The notes: generated from the letters alone by a model not told the origin. A DNA stretch of 64,000 bases from Candidatus Thorarchaeota archaeon (GCA_029855935.1 JAGSHN010000016.1:128001-192000), one strand, 5' to 3'. Counted from the first letter of the stretch, positions 1-10,442 are shown. Made by a program: numbers and translations.

Positions 1-1
1 T

Positions 2-598
2 CTGCACATCTCCTTCGCCAGTGATGTCACGGTCAGCGCATTGCCCGCCGTCCTAGATGGTCTGGTGATTGGCGATTGCGGTCTGAGGAAGAGGGACACT
101 GTGGGCGACCTGAAGAGGATACGGAGGACCATCGAGCGGGGATACGAGGCGCTTGCCGAGGCAGTCCCCGGGTTCGACCCGCGTACCACACCAGTACGTG
201 ACATCCTTGATCTTGCCGATGCCATTCCCAAGTCGTGCCGGCGGATGACCATTGCCACACTGAAGAATCGAGACCTGACGGCCAGAGCCTTGGCTCTGCT
301 CCGGTCACCCCACCCCGACCCGGTCACGCTGGGCAATATGATAGACGAACACCACGCCATAATGCGGGACGGACTTGGCGTGTCCATCCGTGAGATTGAC
401 GAATTGATTGCTGTCGCTAGAGAGGCTGGTGCACTCGGTTGCAAGATCAACGGCAGCGGACGCGGTGGGACGATGCTTGCCTATGCTCCGGGGAGAGAGG
501 TCGACGTTATGAGGGCAATGGAGGAGGCGGGAAGTTCTGCCTATCGAGTCCGCATCTCTCGAGGCGCCCACACTGTACGAGACTCCATAGTGGGATGA
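2..598 (+). CDS. GHMP-family kinase (galactokinase/mevalonate kinase-like), 5' end outside window
   Basis: Frame open from the window edge; C-terminal GHMP motif 'AGALGCKINGSGRGGTMLAY' preceded by 'LGNMIDEHH..MRDGLGVS..EIDELI'. Confidence 0.75.
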   Translation: MHISFASDVTVSALPAVLDGLVIGDCGLRKRDTVGDLKRIRRTIERGYEALAEAVPGFDPRTTPVRDILDLADAIPKSCRRMTIATLKNRDLTARALALLRSPHPDPVTLGNMIDEHHAIMRDGLGVSIREIDELIAVAREAGALGCKINGSGRGGTMLAYAPGREVDVMRAMEEAGSSAYRVRISRGAHTVRDSIVG

Positions 599-654
599 GG
601 ACCGAGCGGCCCTTCCTCGGGAGAGCCATCCTCGCCAATACCTGACAACGTGGC

Positions 655-2217
655 CTACTTGCCCTCGGCAAGCTCCTTCATTCGTGCCTCAACTATCTCA
701 AGGATCTCCTCCTTGAGTCGTCGGCCCTCTGCGATGATGCGTTCGACCTCGGCGCTGATACGCTCTACGAACTTCTTGTCGCGGATGTTGCCGAGATTGA
801 TCCGGACGTTCAGTGCGGCGCCCTCTATCGCGGCCATCAGTGCATGAGCGGCGACGCCGGCATCAGTGATGGCATTGATATTGCCCTTCTCTGCGGCCAC
901 ACGTGCGTGTTCTAGGGCATTGAGGGAATGCTGCATAGTCTTGAGCGGTACCTCGGCAGCGTGCTTCGTAGCGGCCTCGAGGGTCTCCTCTTTCTTCCTC
1001 TTCTGTTCAGGCGTGTCCTCCGGCATCTTGAACGCGGACATCACTGCATCAAAGGCAGCAGAGTCCTCCTCGACGAGTCCCATCAGCACACCGCGGTCAT
1101 TCTCGCAGGCGTGGCGATGAGCCAGCATCTCCTCCTTTATCGCAGCGAACTTTCTCCCCGAGAGTGACAGGCCAGTCACCATACAGACAAGGGCTGCACC
1201 GAATGACCCCATCGCAGCAGCAACACTGCCACCGCCTGGCGTGGCACGGGCACGACGCACCTGATTGCCGAACTCGATGAGCGACATCTCGGTGAAGGAC
1301 TTCTTCTTCGGGTCCTCGAAGCCTCCGAGGTAGTAGAGGTCAAGGATCATCGACTCGTCGAACTTCGCTGGCTGCACGTAGTACTTGAATGCGTCAAGGA
1401 TAGCAAACAGCGGCACCATACCCACAATCTCGGTCTCAACGACACTCGCGCCAAACCGACGGGCCTCGTTGCGGACCACCTCGAGGACCTGATGTATCTT
1501 GGTGCGCTTTGGATGCGTCAGGTTCATCGATACCTGAACCATCCCCTTCTCCGGCAGCTCGAGTCCGATGCCCTGGACATATACAAAGCCGCCAGTGGTC
1601 GCGCGCACGGCGTCAGCACAGGCCTTCGCCACACGCACGTCGGTCGTGTTGAGATTTGCATTGAAAGCGATGAGGAAGTTCCTTGCGCCAGTAGCTGTGC
1701 AGCCCGCTGTTGGATGAATCTTCTTGGGACCATAGTCGGGGTCCTTGGAGGGATCAGTACCTATCAGCTCGCGCAGACCCTCGAACTCGCCCTCTCGGAT
1801 GTTGGGCAGGTCGACCCTGTCCGGTCGCGTGGCAGACTTGGCGTATAGGTATACCGGGATGTTGAACTTCTCTGAGAACTCCTGCGCGAACTGCTTCGAC
1901 AGCTCGATGCACTCGCCAATCGTGACACCGTGGAGCGGCACGAAGGGCACGACGTCCACTGCGCCCATTCTCGGATGGGCCCCCTGATGCTTGTTAAGGT
2001 CTATCTTCTCAACGGCCACCTCGGCTGCTCTCAGTGCAGCCTCCTTGACCTTCTGTGGCTCGCCTATGAAGGTGAAGACCGACCGGTTGTGATCGTAGTC
2101 GTACTCCACATCCAAGAGACGGACGCCCTCTACACTCTTGATGGCCTCCGCAAGGGCATCAATGACCTCCTTGCGTCTACCCTCTGAGAAGTTGGGCACG
2201 CACTCGACTATCTTCAA
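655..2217 (-). CDS. ftcd: Bifunctional glutamate formiminotransferase / formiminotetrahydrofolate cyclodeaminase
   Basis: N-terminal 'VECVPNFSEGR', 'HQGAHPRMGAVDVVPFVP'; C-terminal cyclodeaminase 'TPGGGSVAA' and 'AALNVRINL'; TTG start. Confidence 0.93.
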   Translation of the reverse strand: MKIVECVPNFSEGRRKEVIDALAEAIKSVEGVRLLDVEYDYDHNRSVFTFIGEPQKVKEAALRAAEVAVEKIDLNKHQGAHPRMGAVDVVPFVPLHGVTIGECIELSKQFAQEFSEKFNIPVYLYAKSATRPDRVDLPNIREGEFEGLRELIGTDPSKDPDYGPKKIHPTAGCTATGARNFLIAFNANLNTTDVRVAKACADAVRATTGGFVYVQGIGLELPEKGMVQVSMNLTHPKRTKIHQVLEVVRNEARRFGASVVETEIVGMVPLFAILDAFKYYVQPAKFDESMILDLYYLGGFEDPKKKSFTEMSLIEFGNQVRRARATPGGGSVAAAMGSFGAALVCMVTGLSLSGRKFAAIKEEMLAHRHACENDRGVLMGLVEEDSAAFDAVMSAFKMPEDTPEQKRKKEETLEAATKHAAEVPLKTMQHSLNALEHARVAAEKGNINAITDAGVAAHALMAAIEGAALNVRINLGNIRDKKFVERISAEVERIIAEGRRLKEEILEIVEARMKELAEGK

Positions 2218-2714
2218 TGCCGTTCACCGCGCGCGCGACAGACGGCGCCTTTGAAAAGGCTTTGGGCATGTGCCTGCACCGACAACTAGTGTGGGATTGG
2301 AGGCGTAGGCAAGCAATTGAGCATCGTGTGAACCCCCGTATGGTTGGAGATCACATCACAATCCCGGCGTCGGCGACGCAGCTGACCGAAAAGGGAATAT
2401 GCGATTCGCCATGTTTCTCAAACGAGGCCACCATCAGATGGGTCTGTTGTGGCAAGCTTGGGAGTGAGGAGAAGTGTTGAGAGAATCGAGAAACAGAATT
2501 GGAACTGCCCCTTCGCTCTCTACGGCCAACGTCTTCGAAATACTCTACAAGGCCTGGTGTAACGCACACGACTCCTTTCATATGGTCGACAACGATCAAT
2601 ACTTGCCAAGTCTCACGCCAGCGCTGGGTACCCCTCATAAGGGGCCTGTACTCACAGCTGAGTAGGGGCCATCCGGCCCCCTATTCATTTTCCTTATGGG
2701 GCTCGGTGATAACA

Positions 2715-4085
2715 TTGAGCAGAAATAGAGTCAGATTGGCGGTGTGGCTCTCAATCTTGCTTCTTTCCACAATAGTTGCTTCCACATATTCAATAGTCCC
2801 TCCCACGCCTGAAATAGACCATACGCCAATTCCTCACGGCAATGGTGGTATTCTTGCGGTAGGCTACAATACCACCCGAAGACAGGCAATCATGGAGTAT
2901 GTGATGGCTCTCTACCAGCCGGCGTATGGTACCTTCTATCTGTATCTTCACGACTGGCCGTATGACCCGAGATTCTCGCTCTATCCAACCATGGAACACG
3001 TGTACGTTCCGTTCGTGATATTGCGATATCTAGATTATATCGATGACTTTGACTGGACAAACAGTACACGTTTCCTACAGAGCCTGACGAATGATCCTTC
3101 AAAGGATGACGAGTACGGACCCATAAACATGTCAGAGGCAGTGTGCTCTGATACCTTCGTCTGCAATATGGCAACGGACATGTATCCCGAGCTCGACATA
3201 GGTGATGCCTTGGATATCGATGCAGTGGTGGAGTTTCTGTCGAATCTCCAAGTTCCCAGCGGAGGTTTCTTGGTGGACAAGTGGGCCTACGAAATAGCTG
3301 ATGCTGACCTAGTTCCTACTTGGGATGCACTTGAAACACTCGATAGACTTGGCCGGCCGTCCGCAATCGATCGGAACCGGGCCCTGGACTTCGTTCTGTC
3401 GTGCTATCACGGCAATGGTTTCTCCTACTACCCCTTCTCCTCTGTCGACGTCTATGCGACCCCGCCCGGTCTGATGTGCCTCGGCCATCTCAATGCCACG
3501 GACCGAATAGACCGAGAGAATGTCATCTCATTTGTGTTGTTTCATTTTGACAATCAGAGTGGTTGTGCGGCCTCAGGCACCCTCGTGGAGACAGAGCGCC
3601 TGATCTGGTCACTGTATCTGCTAGATGCTCTGGACCGGATAGACTGCGACGCTGTTGTTCAATGGGTGCTCTGGTGTCAGTCGCCTGCTCACGGTGGTTT
3701 CCTGTCATCCCCAGACGCCGACATCTATGATGAGCGCCTTGTGTACTGTCGTTCTGCGCTCCATATCCTGTCAATGCTGGGGCGGATGGATGTTCTCGAC
3801 CGGAAGTTTCTGATGTATGGCTACCCCGAGCACACGACACCCTCTAGTTACTATCGCGAGGTTGATGAGTGGAACCGGCAGCACAGCAGTACCTCGCCTG
3901 GGGCAGGCTGGGGGGGTTTCCCCAATGTGGACATAGTGGGCACGGTTGCTGGCTCATTGCCTATGCTTTTGTGTATGGTCTGTGTTGGCGCGCCGTTCTT
4001 GTGCATCTGCAACTCTGACAGGGAAGAGAGGGCAAGGCGTGCTCTCCTCAAGGAGAGACGCAAGCGGAGGCGGCCCAAGTGGTGA
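2715..4085 (+). CDS. Membrane-anchored prenyltransferase-beta / squalene-cyclase repeat (alpha6-alpha6 barrel) protein
   Basis: Repeats 'FLSNLQVPSGGF', 'FVLSCYHGNGF', 'WVLWCQSPAHGGF', 'LDRID'; N-terminal signal/TM segment, C-terminal TM plus basic tail; start moved from 2499 to TTG 2715 behind GGTGAT. Confidence 0.7.
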   Translation: MSRNRVRLAVWLSILLLSTIVASTYSIVPPTPEIDHTPIPHGNGGILAVGYNTTRRQAIMEYVMALYQPAYGTFYLYLHDWPYDPRFSLYPTMEHVYVPFVILRYLDYIDDFDWTNSTRFLQSLTNDPSKDDEYGPINMSEAVCSDTFVCNMATDMYPELDIGDALDIDAVVEFLSNLQVPSGGFLVDKWAYEIADADLVPTWDALETLDRLGRPSAIDRNRALDFVLSCYHGNGFSYYPFSSVDVYATPPGLMCLGHLNATDRIDRENVISFVLFHFDNQSGCAASGTLVETERLIWSLYLLDALDRIDCDAVVQWVLWCQSPAHGGFLSSPDADIYDERLVYCRSALHILSMLGRMDVLDRKFLMYGYPEHTTPSSYYREVDEWNRQHSSTSPGAGWGGFPNVDIVGTVAGSLPMLLCMVCVGAPFLCICNSDREERARRALLKERRKRRRPKW

Positions 4086-4164
4086 CGTACGTGGATTGCC
4101 CCGACTACATCGATACTCTCAGGCCGCCTGCCTGTTGGGATATCGCCAAGGTACAGTCCTCTTG

Positions 4165-5100
4165 CTAACTCACATAGGAACCGTAATCTATGGCGTACGT
4201 GGTGAGAACGTTTGTCTGCGCGAGCTGGAACGAGTAGGCCGCCAGTACGTTGCGTAGCAGCATGGTGATGGTCATCGGGCCAACACCACCGGGCACAGGC
4301 GTGATATAACTGGCCTTGCACTTGATGGCCTCAAAGTCGCAGTCACCGTGTGGTGTGGCAACGTCTATCACAATGGCCCCGTCCTTCACCATGTCGGCCG
4401 TGATGAAGTAGGGGTCCTCGTCGGACTTCCTGCGTCCCACTGCGGTGATTAGGACATCGGCCTGTCTTGTTATGGATGGCAGGTCGCGGGTGTGAGAGTG
4501 GCAGACGGTCACGGTCATGTTCCTGTTCAGCAGGAGCATTATCAGTGGCTTTCCGACAATGGTCGACCTGTTCACTATCACGGCGTGCATCCCGTCCAAG
4601 TCGACGCCGAGAGAGTCGAGGATCATTGCAATGCCCTGTGGTGTTGCGGCAGTCAGAAGCTCTCCTCCATAGAAGAGCCTGTATATGTTGCGCGGAGAGA
4701 AGCCGTCAACGTCCTTCTCAGGATCGATTGCACTTATCACGGTCTCCTCGTCGATGTGCTTGGGGAGTGGCAGCTGCACAAGTATCCCGTGGACTGTCGC
4801 GTCCTGGTTGAGCCTCGCTATCAGACGGAGGAGCTCGTCCTGCGTCGTGTTCTCGGGCAGCTGGTATCCCTCCGAGAGTATTCCTACTCTCTTGCAGGCC
4901 CTATGCTTCATTCGTACGTACATCTTGGAGCCCGGGTCCTCCCCCACGATTATGGTCACCAGCTTCGGCGGGACGCCGTGCAGCTCTGTGAGCCGCTCCA
5001 CCTCCGCAGCTATCTCCTGCCGGAGGCGTTTGGCCAGCTTCTTCCCGCTTATCACGTGTTCCTCGCAGAAGTCACCCGGACCAATGTCGAGTGCAGCCAC
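4165..5100 (-). CDS. folD: Methylenetetrahydrofolate dehydrogenase/cyclohydrolase
   Basis: 'YVRMK', 'HGILVQLPLP', 'KDVDGF', 'TPVPGGVGPMT'. Confidence 0.96.
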   Translation of the reverse strand: MAALDIGPGDFCEEHVISGKKLAKRLRQEIAAEVERLTELHGVPPKLVTIIVGEDPGSKMYVRMKHRACKRVGILSEGYQLPENTTQDELLRLIARLNQDATVHGILVQLPLPKHIDEETVISAIDPEKDVDGFSPRNIYRLFYGGELLTAATPQGIAMILDSLGVDLDGMHAVIVNRSTIVGKPLIMLLLNRNMTVTVCHSHTRDLPSITRQADVLITAVGRRKSDEDPYFITADMVKDGAIVIDVATPHGDCDFEAIKCKASYITPVPGGVGPMTITMLLRNVLAAYSFQLAQTNVLTTYAIDYGSYVS

Positions 5101-5144
5101 CCTATTGTCACCTCTCTCTCGCTACCGACGTGAGTCGTACCTGA

Positions 5145-6737
5145 CTAGAACACCCCGAAGATCTCGCCATTGTCATCTATTCCCATCCCTATCGCCGCCG
5201 GCTCCTTGGGCAGTCCCGGCATAAGATTGATGTCGCCCATATGGACCACAACAAAGCCTGCGCCGGAGTTGAGAACAACGTCCTTCACGAACACCTTGAA
5301 GCCAGTGGGCCGCCCCATCAGGCGGGAGTTGTCGGACAGACTGAACTGCGTCTTTGCGACGCATATCGGCAGGCCTCCGTAGCCGTGCTTCTCAAGTCGT
5401 TTCAGCTTTCTCTTGACACCGTCACCATACGTCACGCCGTCTGCGCCATAGACCGAGGTGGCGACCTTCTCGATCTTGGTTGTCAGAGGGTCGTCAAGGT
5501 CGTACGTGTAGTGCAGGCTCGACTCTCTCTCAGTGGCCTCGATGACCGCCGAGGCAAGGTCCATACCACCCTCACTGCCTCTTGCAAAGACCTCCGAGAC
5601 CTCCATTCTCCATCCGTGCTCCTCGCACAGACGTCGAAGCAGGTCAATCTCCTCCTGAGTGTCATCAGGGAACCTGTTGAGCGCTATCACAGCAGGTATG
5701 CCCCAGGCCTGGATGTTCTCCATGTGCTTCTCAAGGTTTGGCACACCCGCCTTGAGATCACCCTCGCCGTGCATCTTCAGCGCACGGAGCGATGTCACGA
5801 CGACGACAGCATCGACGTTCAGACTACCCACCCTGCTTACGATGTTTATGAACTTCTCAGCACCCAGGTCGGCACCGAAGCCTGCTTCTACTATCACGTA
5901 GTCAAAGAGGCGCAGGGCGATGTCTATCGCGACGATGGAGTTTGTCCCGTGAGCAATGTTCGCAAAGGGCCCCGTATGGATGATTGCCGGTGTCCCCTCT
6001 GAGGTCTGCACAAGGTTGGGGTTGAGCGCGTCGCGCAGGATGACGCTCATGGCCCCCTCCGCCTTCAGGTCGCGTGCGAAGATGTCCTTCTTATCGTGGC
6101 TCCTCGCCACGAGAATGCGTCCGAGTCTATCCCTGAGGTCGTCATAGTTGGTTGCGAGACCTAGGATCGCCATCACCTCGGACGCAGCAGTGATGACGAA
6201 GGAGTCCTCTCTCGGGTAGCCGTTCTTTCTGCCAAGTCCGACTACTATCTGCCGCAGTGCCCTGTCGTTCATATCGACTGTCCTTGGCCAGTAGATTCTC
6301 CTCACATCGATCTGGAGGTCGTTGCCGTGATAGACGTGATTGTCGATCATTGCGGACAGCAGGTTGTGGGCTGCGCTCACGGCTGGAAAGTCGCCTGTGA
6401 AGAGCAGATTGATGCGTTCAGACGGGAGGACCTGCGACTTCCCCCCACCAGCAGCCCCGCCCTTGACTCCGAACACAGGCCCCAGTGAGGGTTCTCGAAG
6501 GGTCACGACTGATGAGTGTCCCATCCGGTTCAGTGCCATTGACAGGCCTATGGAGTTCGTCGTCTTGCCCTCTCCCGCCTTTGTCGGGTTTGTCGCGGTG
6601 ACAAGGACCAGACGACCCCTTCGTTCTCCCAGTGTCTCTCTGATACGCAGGTCGATCTTTGCCATATACTTCCCATACGGCTCGAGGTACTCGGCCGGTA
6701 TTCCTGCCTTTGCGGCGACTTCAGAGATTGGAATCAT
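5145..6737 (-). CDS. fhs: Formate--tetrahydrofolate ligase
   Basis: 'TATNPTKAGEGKTT', 'REPSLGPVFGVKGGAAGGG', 'GPFANIAHG', 'EAGFGADLGAEKF', 'MPGLP'; likely start ATG 6737. Confidence 0.97.
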   Translation of the reverse strand: MIPISEVAAKAGIPAEYLEPYGKYMAKIDLRIRETLGERRGRLVLVTATNPTKAGEGKTTNSIGLSMALNRMGHSSVVTLREPSLGPVFGVKGGAAGGGKSQVLPSERINLLFTGDFPAVSAAHNLLSAMIDNHVYHGNDLQIDVRRIYWPRTVDMNDRALRQIVVGLGRKNGYPREDSFVITAASEVMAILGLATNYDDLRDRLGRILVARSHDKKDIFARDLKAEGAMSVILRDALNPNLVQTSEGTPAIIHTGPFANIAHGTNSIVAIDIALRLFDYVIVEAGFGADLGAEKFINIVSRVGSLNVDAVVVVTSLRALKMHGEGDLKAGVPNLEKHMENIQAWGIPAVIALNRFPDDTQEEIDLLRRLCEEHGWRMEVSEVFARGSEGGMDLASAVIEATERESSLHYTYDLDDPLTTKIEKVATSVYGADGVTYGDGVKRKLKRLEKHGYGGLPICVAKTQFSLSDNSRLMGRPTGFKVFVKDVVLNSGAGFVVVHMGDINLMPGLPKEPAAIGMGIDDNGEIFGVF

Positions 6738-6921
6738 GACTGTGGACTTCCTTGTGTCAGTTGTTGTTCCCCGTCTTCGAGGTGCGAGTCTACATTTCAC
6801 CACGCTTCAAGATAAGGCATATCGTCTGGGCCAATACCCACCGTGAGGTACGATGGCATCTGGGTGGCCAGCTCCTCTAGGCTGGGGGACAGGCCTCTGT
6901 TCGAGCAAGCAGTCCGCGGGC

Positions 6922-7263
6922 CTAGTACGACGCCTGCTCGACCCTCCACTCACCGTCCTCAATCACAAGATGGATTGGCACCGGACTGCCCCTCAACGAG
7001 CCGTCGCGATTGTGTCTCTTGAAGAACAGTTTGCAGTAGCCCTCTCGCTGCTCTGCTACGCGGTCAAACGTGTAGTATACACCGTACTCCTCGTAGTAGT
7101 GGCGTCCGGTCTTCCACCAATAGTCGGGCGAGTTACCCCATACCTGATTGAGGGCGCCCTCCTTGTTGGACTTCGTGAGGGTCTCGGCCCACTTCTTGAT
7201 ATCATCCTGCTGAAGCAGGTCGTAGTGGCGCTGTGCGACCTTTATGGCATCCTCTACGGACAT
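6922..7263 (-). CDS. Hypothetical protein (possibly NTF2-like small alpha/beta fold)
   Basis: Clean 113-aa ORF with SD-like GAGGA; ends in the beta hairpin 'PIHLVIEDGEWRV'. Confidence 0.55.
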   Translation of the reverse strand: MSVEDAIKVAQRHYDLLQQDDIKKWAETLTKSNKEGALNQVWGNSPDYWWKTGRHYYEEYGVYYTFDRVAEQREGYCKLFFKRHNRDGSLRGSPVPIHLVIEDGEWRVEQASY

Positions 7264-7444
7264 CGGACTATCCTCTCCTTGTGTAGATGGTCATGCTCAA
7301 GTCCAGATAAGGCTAGTTCCTACGGACCGCTCACGACATCACGTTGACCCCAACAAAAGGAGATGGGAACGGGCTCAGCAGGTCGTGTCCTCCCCGCTGA
7401 CGCCCGTCTCGTCTTCACTCCACCCGGAGTGTGGTCTGTTGACA

Positions 7445-8269
7445 TCAGATTGGCAGGTGCAGAAGCGTGAACAGGCCTATCATCTTCAGACCCATGTAGA
7501 TCATCACAATGATGAAGATCCACTTCAGCGCCTTCGCGTTGATCTTATGCGCAACGTGCGCACCGACCTGCGCCATCGGGACGCTGGTGCCTGCCAGTAG
7601 TATCCACTGCAGCAGGTTGACGTAGCCGATTGAGAACGCTGGCAGTCCTGCCACGCCAAGACCAAGAACCATGTAGCTGATTGCCCCGCCCAGCGATGTG
7701 AAGATCATCATTGCCGTTGATGTTCCCACAGCCTCGTGCATATGGAAACGGAGGAGAATCACCATCACAGGGACTGCCAATACGCCACCACCGATTCCGA
7801 TGAGCCCTGTCACGAAGCCCAGCACGGCGCCCGCGAGCACATAGGCGAGGTCGTTCTGGTTGACCTCCCCCTCAACACGCAGAGGCTTCGCGGTCATCAT
7901 CCGAATTGACCCCAGAAGAATTGCTGACCCGAAGATGATCTTCAGCACCTCGCCGGGGAGCAGAGACGCCACAAATGCCCCCGAGAAACTGGCAATGGCG
8001 CCAACGACTCCCATTATGATGGCCTGCCTCCAGAGCACCGCTCCCTTCTTGCTATGTCTGTACGAGCCACTCAACGCCGTTGGGAGGACAACCAGTAGGT
8101 TCGTCCCAAACGAGACAAGAATGGCTATCTTGGGGTCGATGCCCATCGCCAGCAGGATGTAGTACTGGACGGGTATCATTATGAAACACCCGCCGACTCC
8201 CAGCATACCCGAGACCGCGCCAACAGCAATCCCGGTGATCAGCAGGGCAACCATATAGATCAGTTCCAT
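7445..8269 (-). CDS. TauE/SafE family sulfite/sulfur-compound exporter
   Basis: Duplicated 'SGMLGVGGC' and 'TGLIGIGGG..VP' motifs, about 8 TM helices; start placed at ATG 8269. Confidence 0.9.
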   Translation of the reverse strand: MELIYMVALLITGIAVGAVSGMLGVGGCFIMIPVQYYILLAMGIDPKIAILVSFGTNLLVVLPTALSGSYRHSKKGAVLWRQAIIMGVVGAIASFSGAFVASLLPGEVLKIIFGSAILLGSIRMMTAKPLRVEGEVNQNDLAYVLAGAVLGFVTGLIGIGGGVLAVPVMVILLRFHMHEAVGTSTAMMIFTSLGGAISYMVLGLGVAGLPAFSIGYVNLLQWILLAGTSVPMAQVGAHVAHKINAKALKWIFIIVMIYMGLKMIGLFTLLHLPI

Positions 8270-8512
8270 CTCTGTCACCCGTTGACTCATGCTTTCCAGT
8301 ATCGAGCGTCCGCCCACGCCACTCATCTGACGGTGGGCATCACCTGTCCGCGATAGCGAAATATTTCAATATTGTGATAGAATGACACACATCGCCAACA
8401 GGTCTGAGCTCACTGTCAGAACGGGCGGACAGGGAACTGGACTGGCTAGCTTGGCGACGTGGAACGGTCCAGTGCGCCCACTTCCGTTCTTCTGTCGACC
8501 CCGGACGGCCTC

Positions 8513-9244
8513 TCACGCGATTGTGATGATATCTCCCGCCGTGAGTCCGAGAACGCTGGCAGCGGATCCCTCGCGGAGGGACACCTCAAGAGTCCCTGCG
8601 CTGCCGGTGACCAGGAACAGCTCTCCGAAGGAGGCATCAGAATAGGTCCGATGCCACCTCATTTCCCGTTCCGTACCCTTGTACCTGATGACGTACTGGG
8701 TCTTGTCCATCGGTGGCAGATTTGTCACGATGTTCCCGAAGCGGTCGACGCGTACGACCTGTCCCTCGCGCCCCTCGAGGTGAAATTCCAGCGGCGTGGT
8801 CAGTGTCTCTGCATATGACTCGAGCAGGCGACCGACACCGCCAGCGTAGAGGTAGGCAGCAGCTGGTGCAAAGACATCCCGGCCGTGGAATGTGTGTGAG
8901 CCCCCCTCATCGACCTTGATCCTGAATATCTGTTCGATACCATCCTCTGTTGCTGCAGGATACAGGACTCCATTGTCCGGGCCCACAAAGTGGTAGTTCT
9001 TGGTCTTGACGAGGACCGCCGGACGCTCCGTTCCCACCCCGGGATCGACGACGACAACGAAGATGGTGCGATGCGGGAAGTACTTGTAGCTGCTCTTCAG
9101 CACCCAAGCGCCCTCGACTATCGAGTGTGGCGAGATGGAGTGGGTGAGATCTACTATCGGGACCTCCGTACAGATTGTACGGATGATGCCCTTCATGACG
9201 CCAACGTATTCCGACTCGCCAAAGTCAGTGAGAAGTACTATCAT
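8513..9244 (-). CDS. SAM hydroxide adenosyltransferase (DUF62 / chlorinase-fluorinase family)
   Basis: 'LLTDFG', 'VVDPGVGTER', 'GPDNG', 'TFHGRDVFAP', 'VDRFGNI'. Confidence 0.92.
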   Translation of the reverse strand: MIVLLTDFGESEYVGVMKGIIRTICTEVPIVDLTHSISPHSIVEGAWVLKSSYKYFPHRTIFVVVVDPGVGTERPAVLVKTKNYHFVGPDNGVLYPAATEDGIEQIFRIKVDEGGSHTFHGRDVFAPAAAYLYAGGVGRLLESYAETLTTPLEFHLEGREGQVVRVDRFGNIVTNLPPMDKTQYVIRYKGTEREMRWHRTYSDASFGELFLVTGSAGTLEVSLREGSAASVLGLTAGDIITIA

Positions 9245-9305
9245 TCTGACACCAACCCGGATGATCTTCTCTCTCACGGCACGGTACAGAATGACACAGC
9301 ACTAC

Positions 9306-10442
9306 CTATTCTACTTTTACCAGACGGACCTCGTTATAGTCGGTGAACACGCGGATGTATCCCCTCAGCATCTCATCGACCTCGGAGTCGCCAGTGTCTA
9401 CCTTCAGAGTCTTGTCCTCTATCCCGGCCAGCTTGCTTGGCGTACATATCACCCAGATGTGGTCCTTCCCCACGAGTCTGATGATGCGGGGGCTGATCTG
9501 TTGGTTGCCCCTTCCGAAGAGCATTCCCTGATGTCCGATGGGCGAGACGACTATCCATGTCTTCTCAGGATTGGTGACGAGTCTGAGGAGCTGCTCCTCG
9601 TTGACGTCGTTGTAGACCTTGCCGGCCTGATACACGTCCACGCCCAGTGTTGTCTTCTTTATTCCCAGCAGGTCTGCAACGGTCTTTACGGTGGTGCCCG
9701 GCCCGAGGATGTAGGTGCCGTCCTTCTCCATACTGTCGATGATGTACCTGGCGATGGCCTCCTGTGCCTCGTGTTCGTCAACGGTCTCGGGGCTTGCCTG
9801 CTTCGCGCCCTGAAACCGTGCCGGGACGGCAGGACCCTTCAGATAGCCGTACAGCCGGATGATGAACCTGTCTTCTCGGAAGGCCTCCTCGTCGGCGTCC
9901 ATCACCTCGAACTCTGCGGCTGTCGCAGTCCCCTCAGCAACGAGGCCCACCACCTCTGCGGCATCAGAGGGGTTTACGACGAAGATACCAGAGTACATCT
10001 TGACGCCCGATGGAACACCGATGACCATCAGATCATCGAGATCGTTCTCCTGCACAGCATCAAGTATGTCCCTTGCGGTGCCGTCGCCGCCGACGAAGAC
10101 GAGCAGCCGGACCCCCGCCTCATAGAGCGCAACAACGCATCTCTTTGTGTCGTCTGCTGATGTCTTCTCTGGAATATCCACGTCTATGACCTCGGAGGAG
10201 AGGCCGCAGTCTCGGGTCACATCTGCGCCCATTGGCCGCGGACATGTGACGAGGCGTATGTCCACGTCTCGATAGGCGAGCGTTGACTCCAGTGCATTGA
10301 GAAACTCCCGCGCCCGGCCGGGTGCCACGGGCTTTGCGCCGCGTCTGATTGCCTCTTCGACCACGCCGTCAGTGCCCTTCAGGCCCACGCGACCACCCAT
10401 GCCTGCTATGGGGTTGACAAGGAGTCCAACCGTCAAGCTCAT
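9306..10442 (-). CDS. ATP-NAD kinase / AcoX-like family protein
   Basis: 'VNPIAGMGGRVGLKGTDG', 'GGDGTARD', 'GVKMYS', 'GRGNQQISP'. Confidence 0.88.
   Translation of the reverse strand: MSLTVGLLVNPIAGMGGRVGLKGTDGVVEEAIRRGAKPVAPGRAREFLNALESTLAYRDVDIRLVTCPRPMGADVTRDCGLSSEVIDVDIPEKTSADDTKRCVVALYEAGVRLLVFVGGDGTARDILDAVQENDLDDLMVIGVPSGVKMYSGIFVVNPSDAAEVVGLVAEGTATAAEFEVMDADEEAFREDRFIIRLYGYLKGPAVPARFQGAKQASPETVDEHEAQEAIARYIIDSMEKDGTYILGPGTTVKTVADLLGIKKTTLGVDVYQAGKVYNDVNEEQLLRLVTNPEKTWIVVSPIGHQGMLFGRGNQQISPRIIRLVGKDHIWVICTPSKLAGIEDKTLKVDTGDSEVDEMLRGYIRVFTDYNEVRLVKVE

Noticed and set aside
8513-9244. Fluorinase/chlorinase implying halometabolite synthesis
   Set aside because: It has the Asp/Arg/His pattern (TDFG, GTER, TFHGRD) of the common DUF62 SAM hydrolases, and there is no biosynthetic cluster context
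9135-10160. Long alternative-frame ORFs (e.g. 9135-10160 +, 44250-45140 +, 61338-62360 -, 5241-6002 +)
   Set aside because: They are antisense shadows of well-supported genes in GC-rich DNA and have no recognisable motifs
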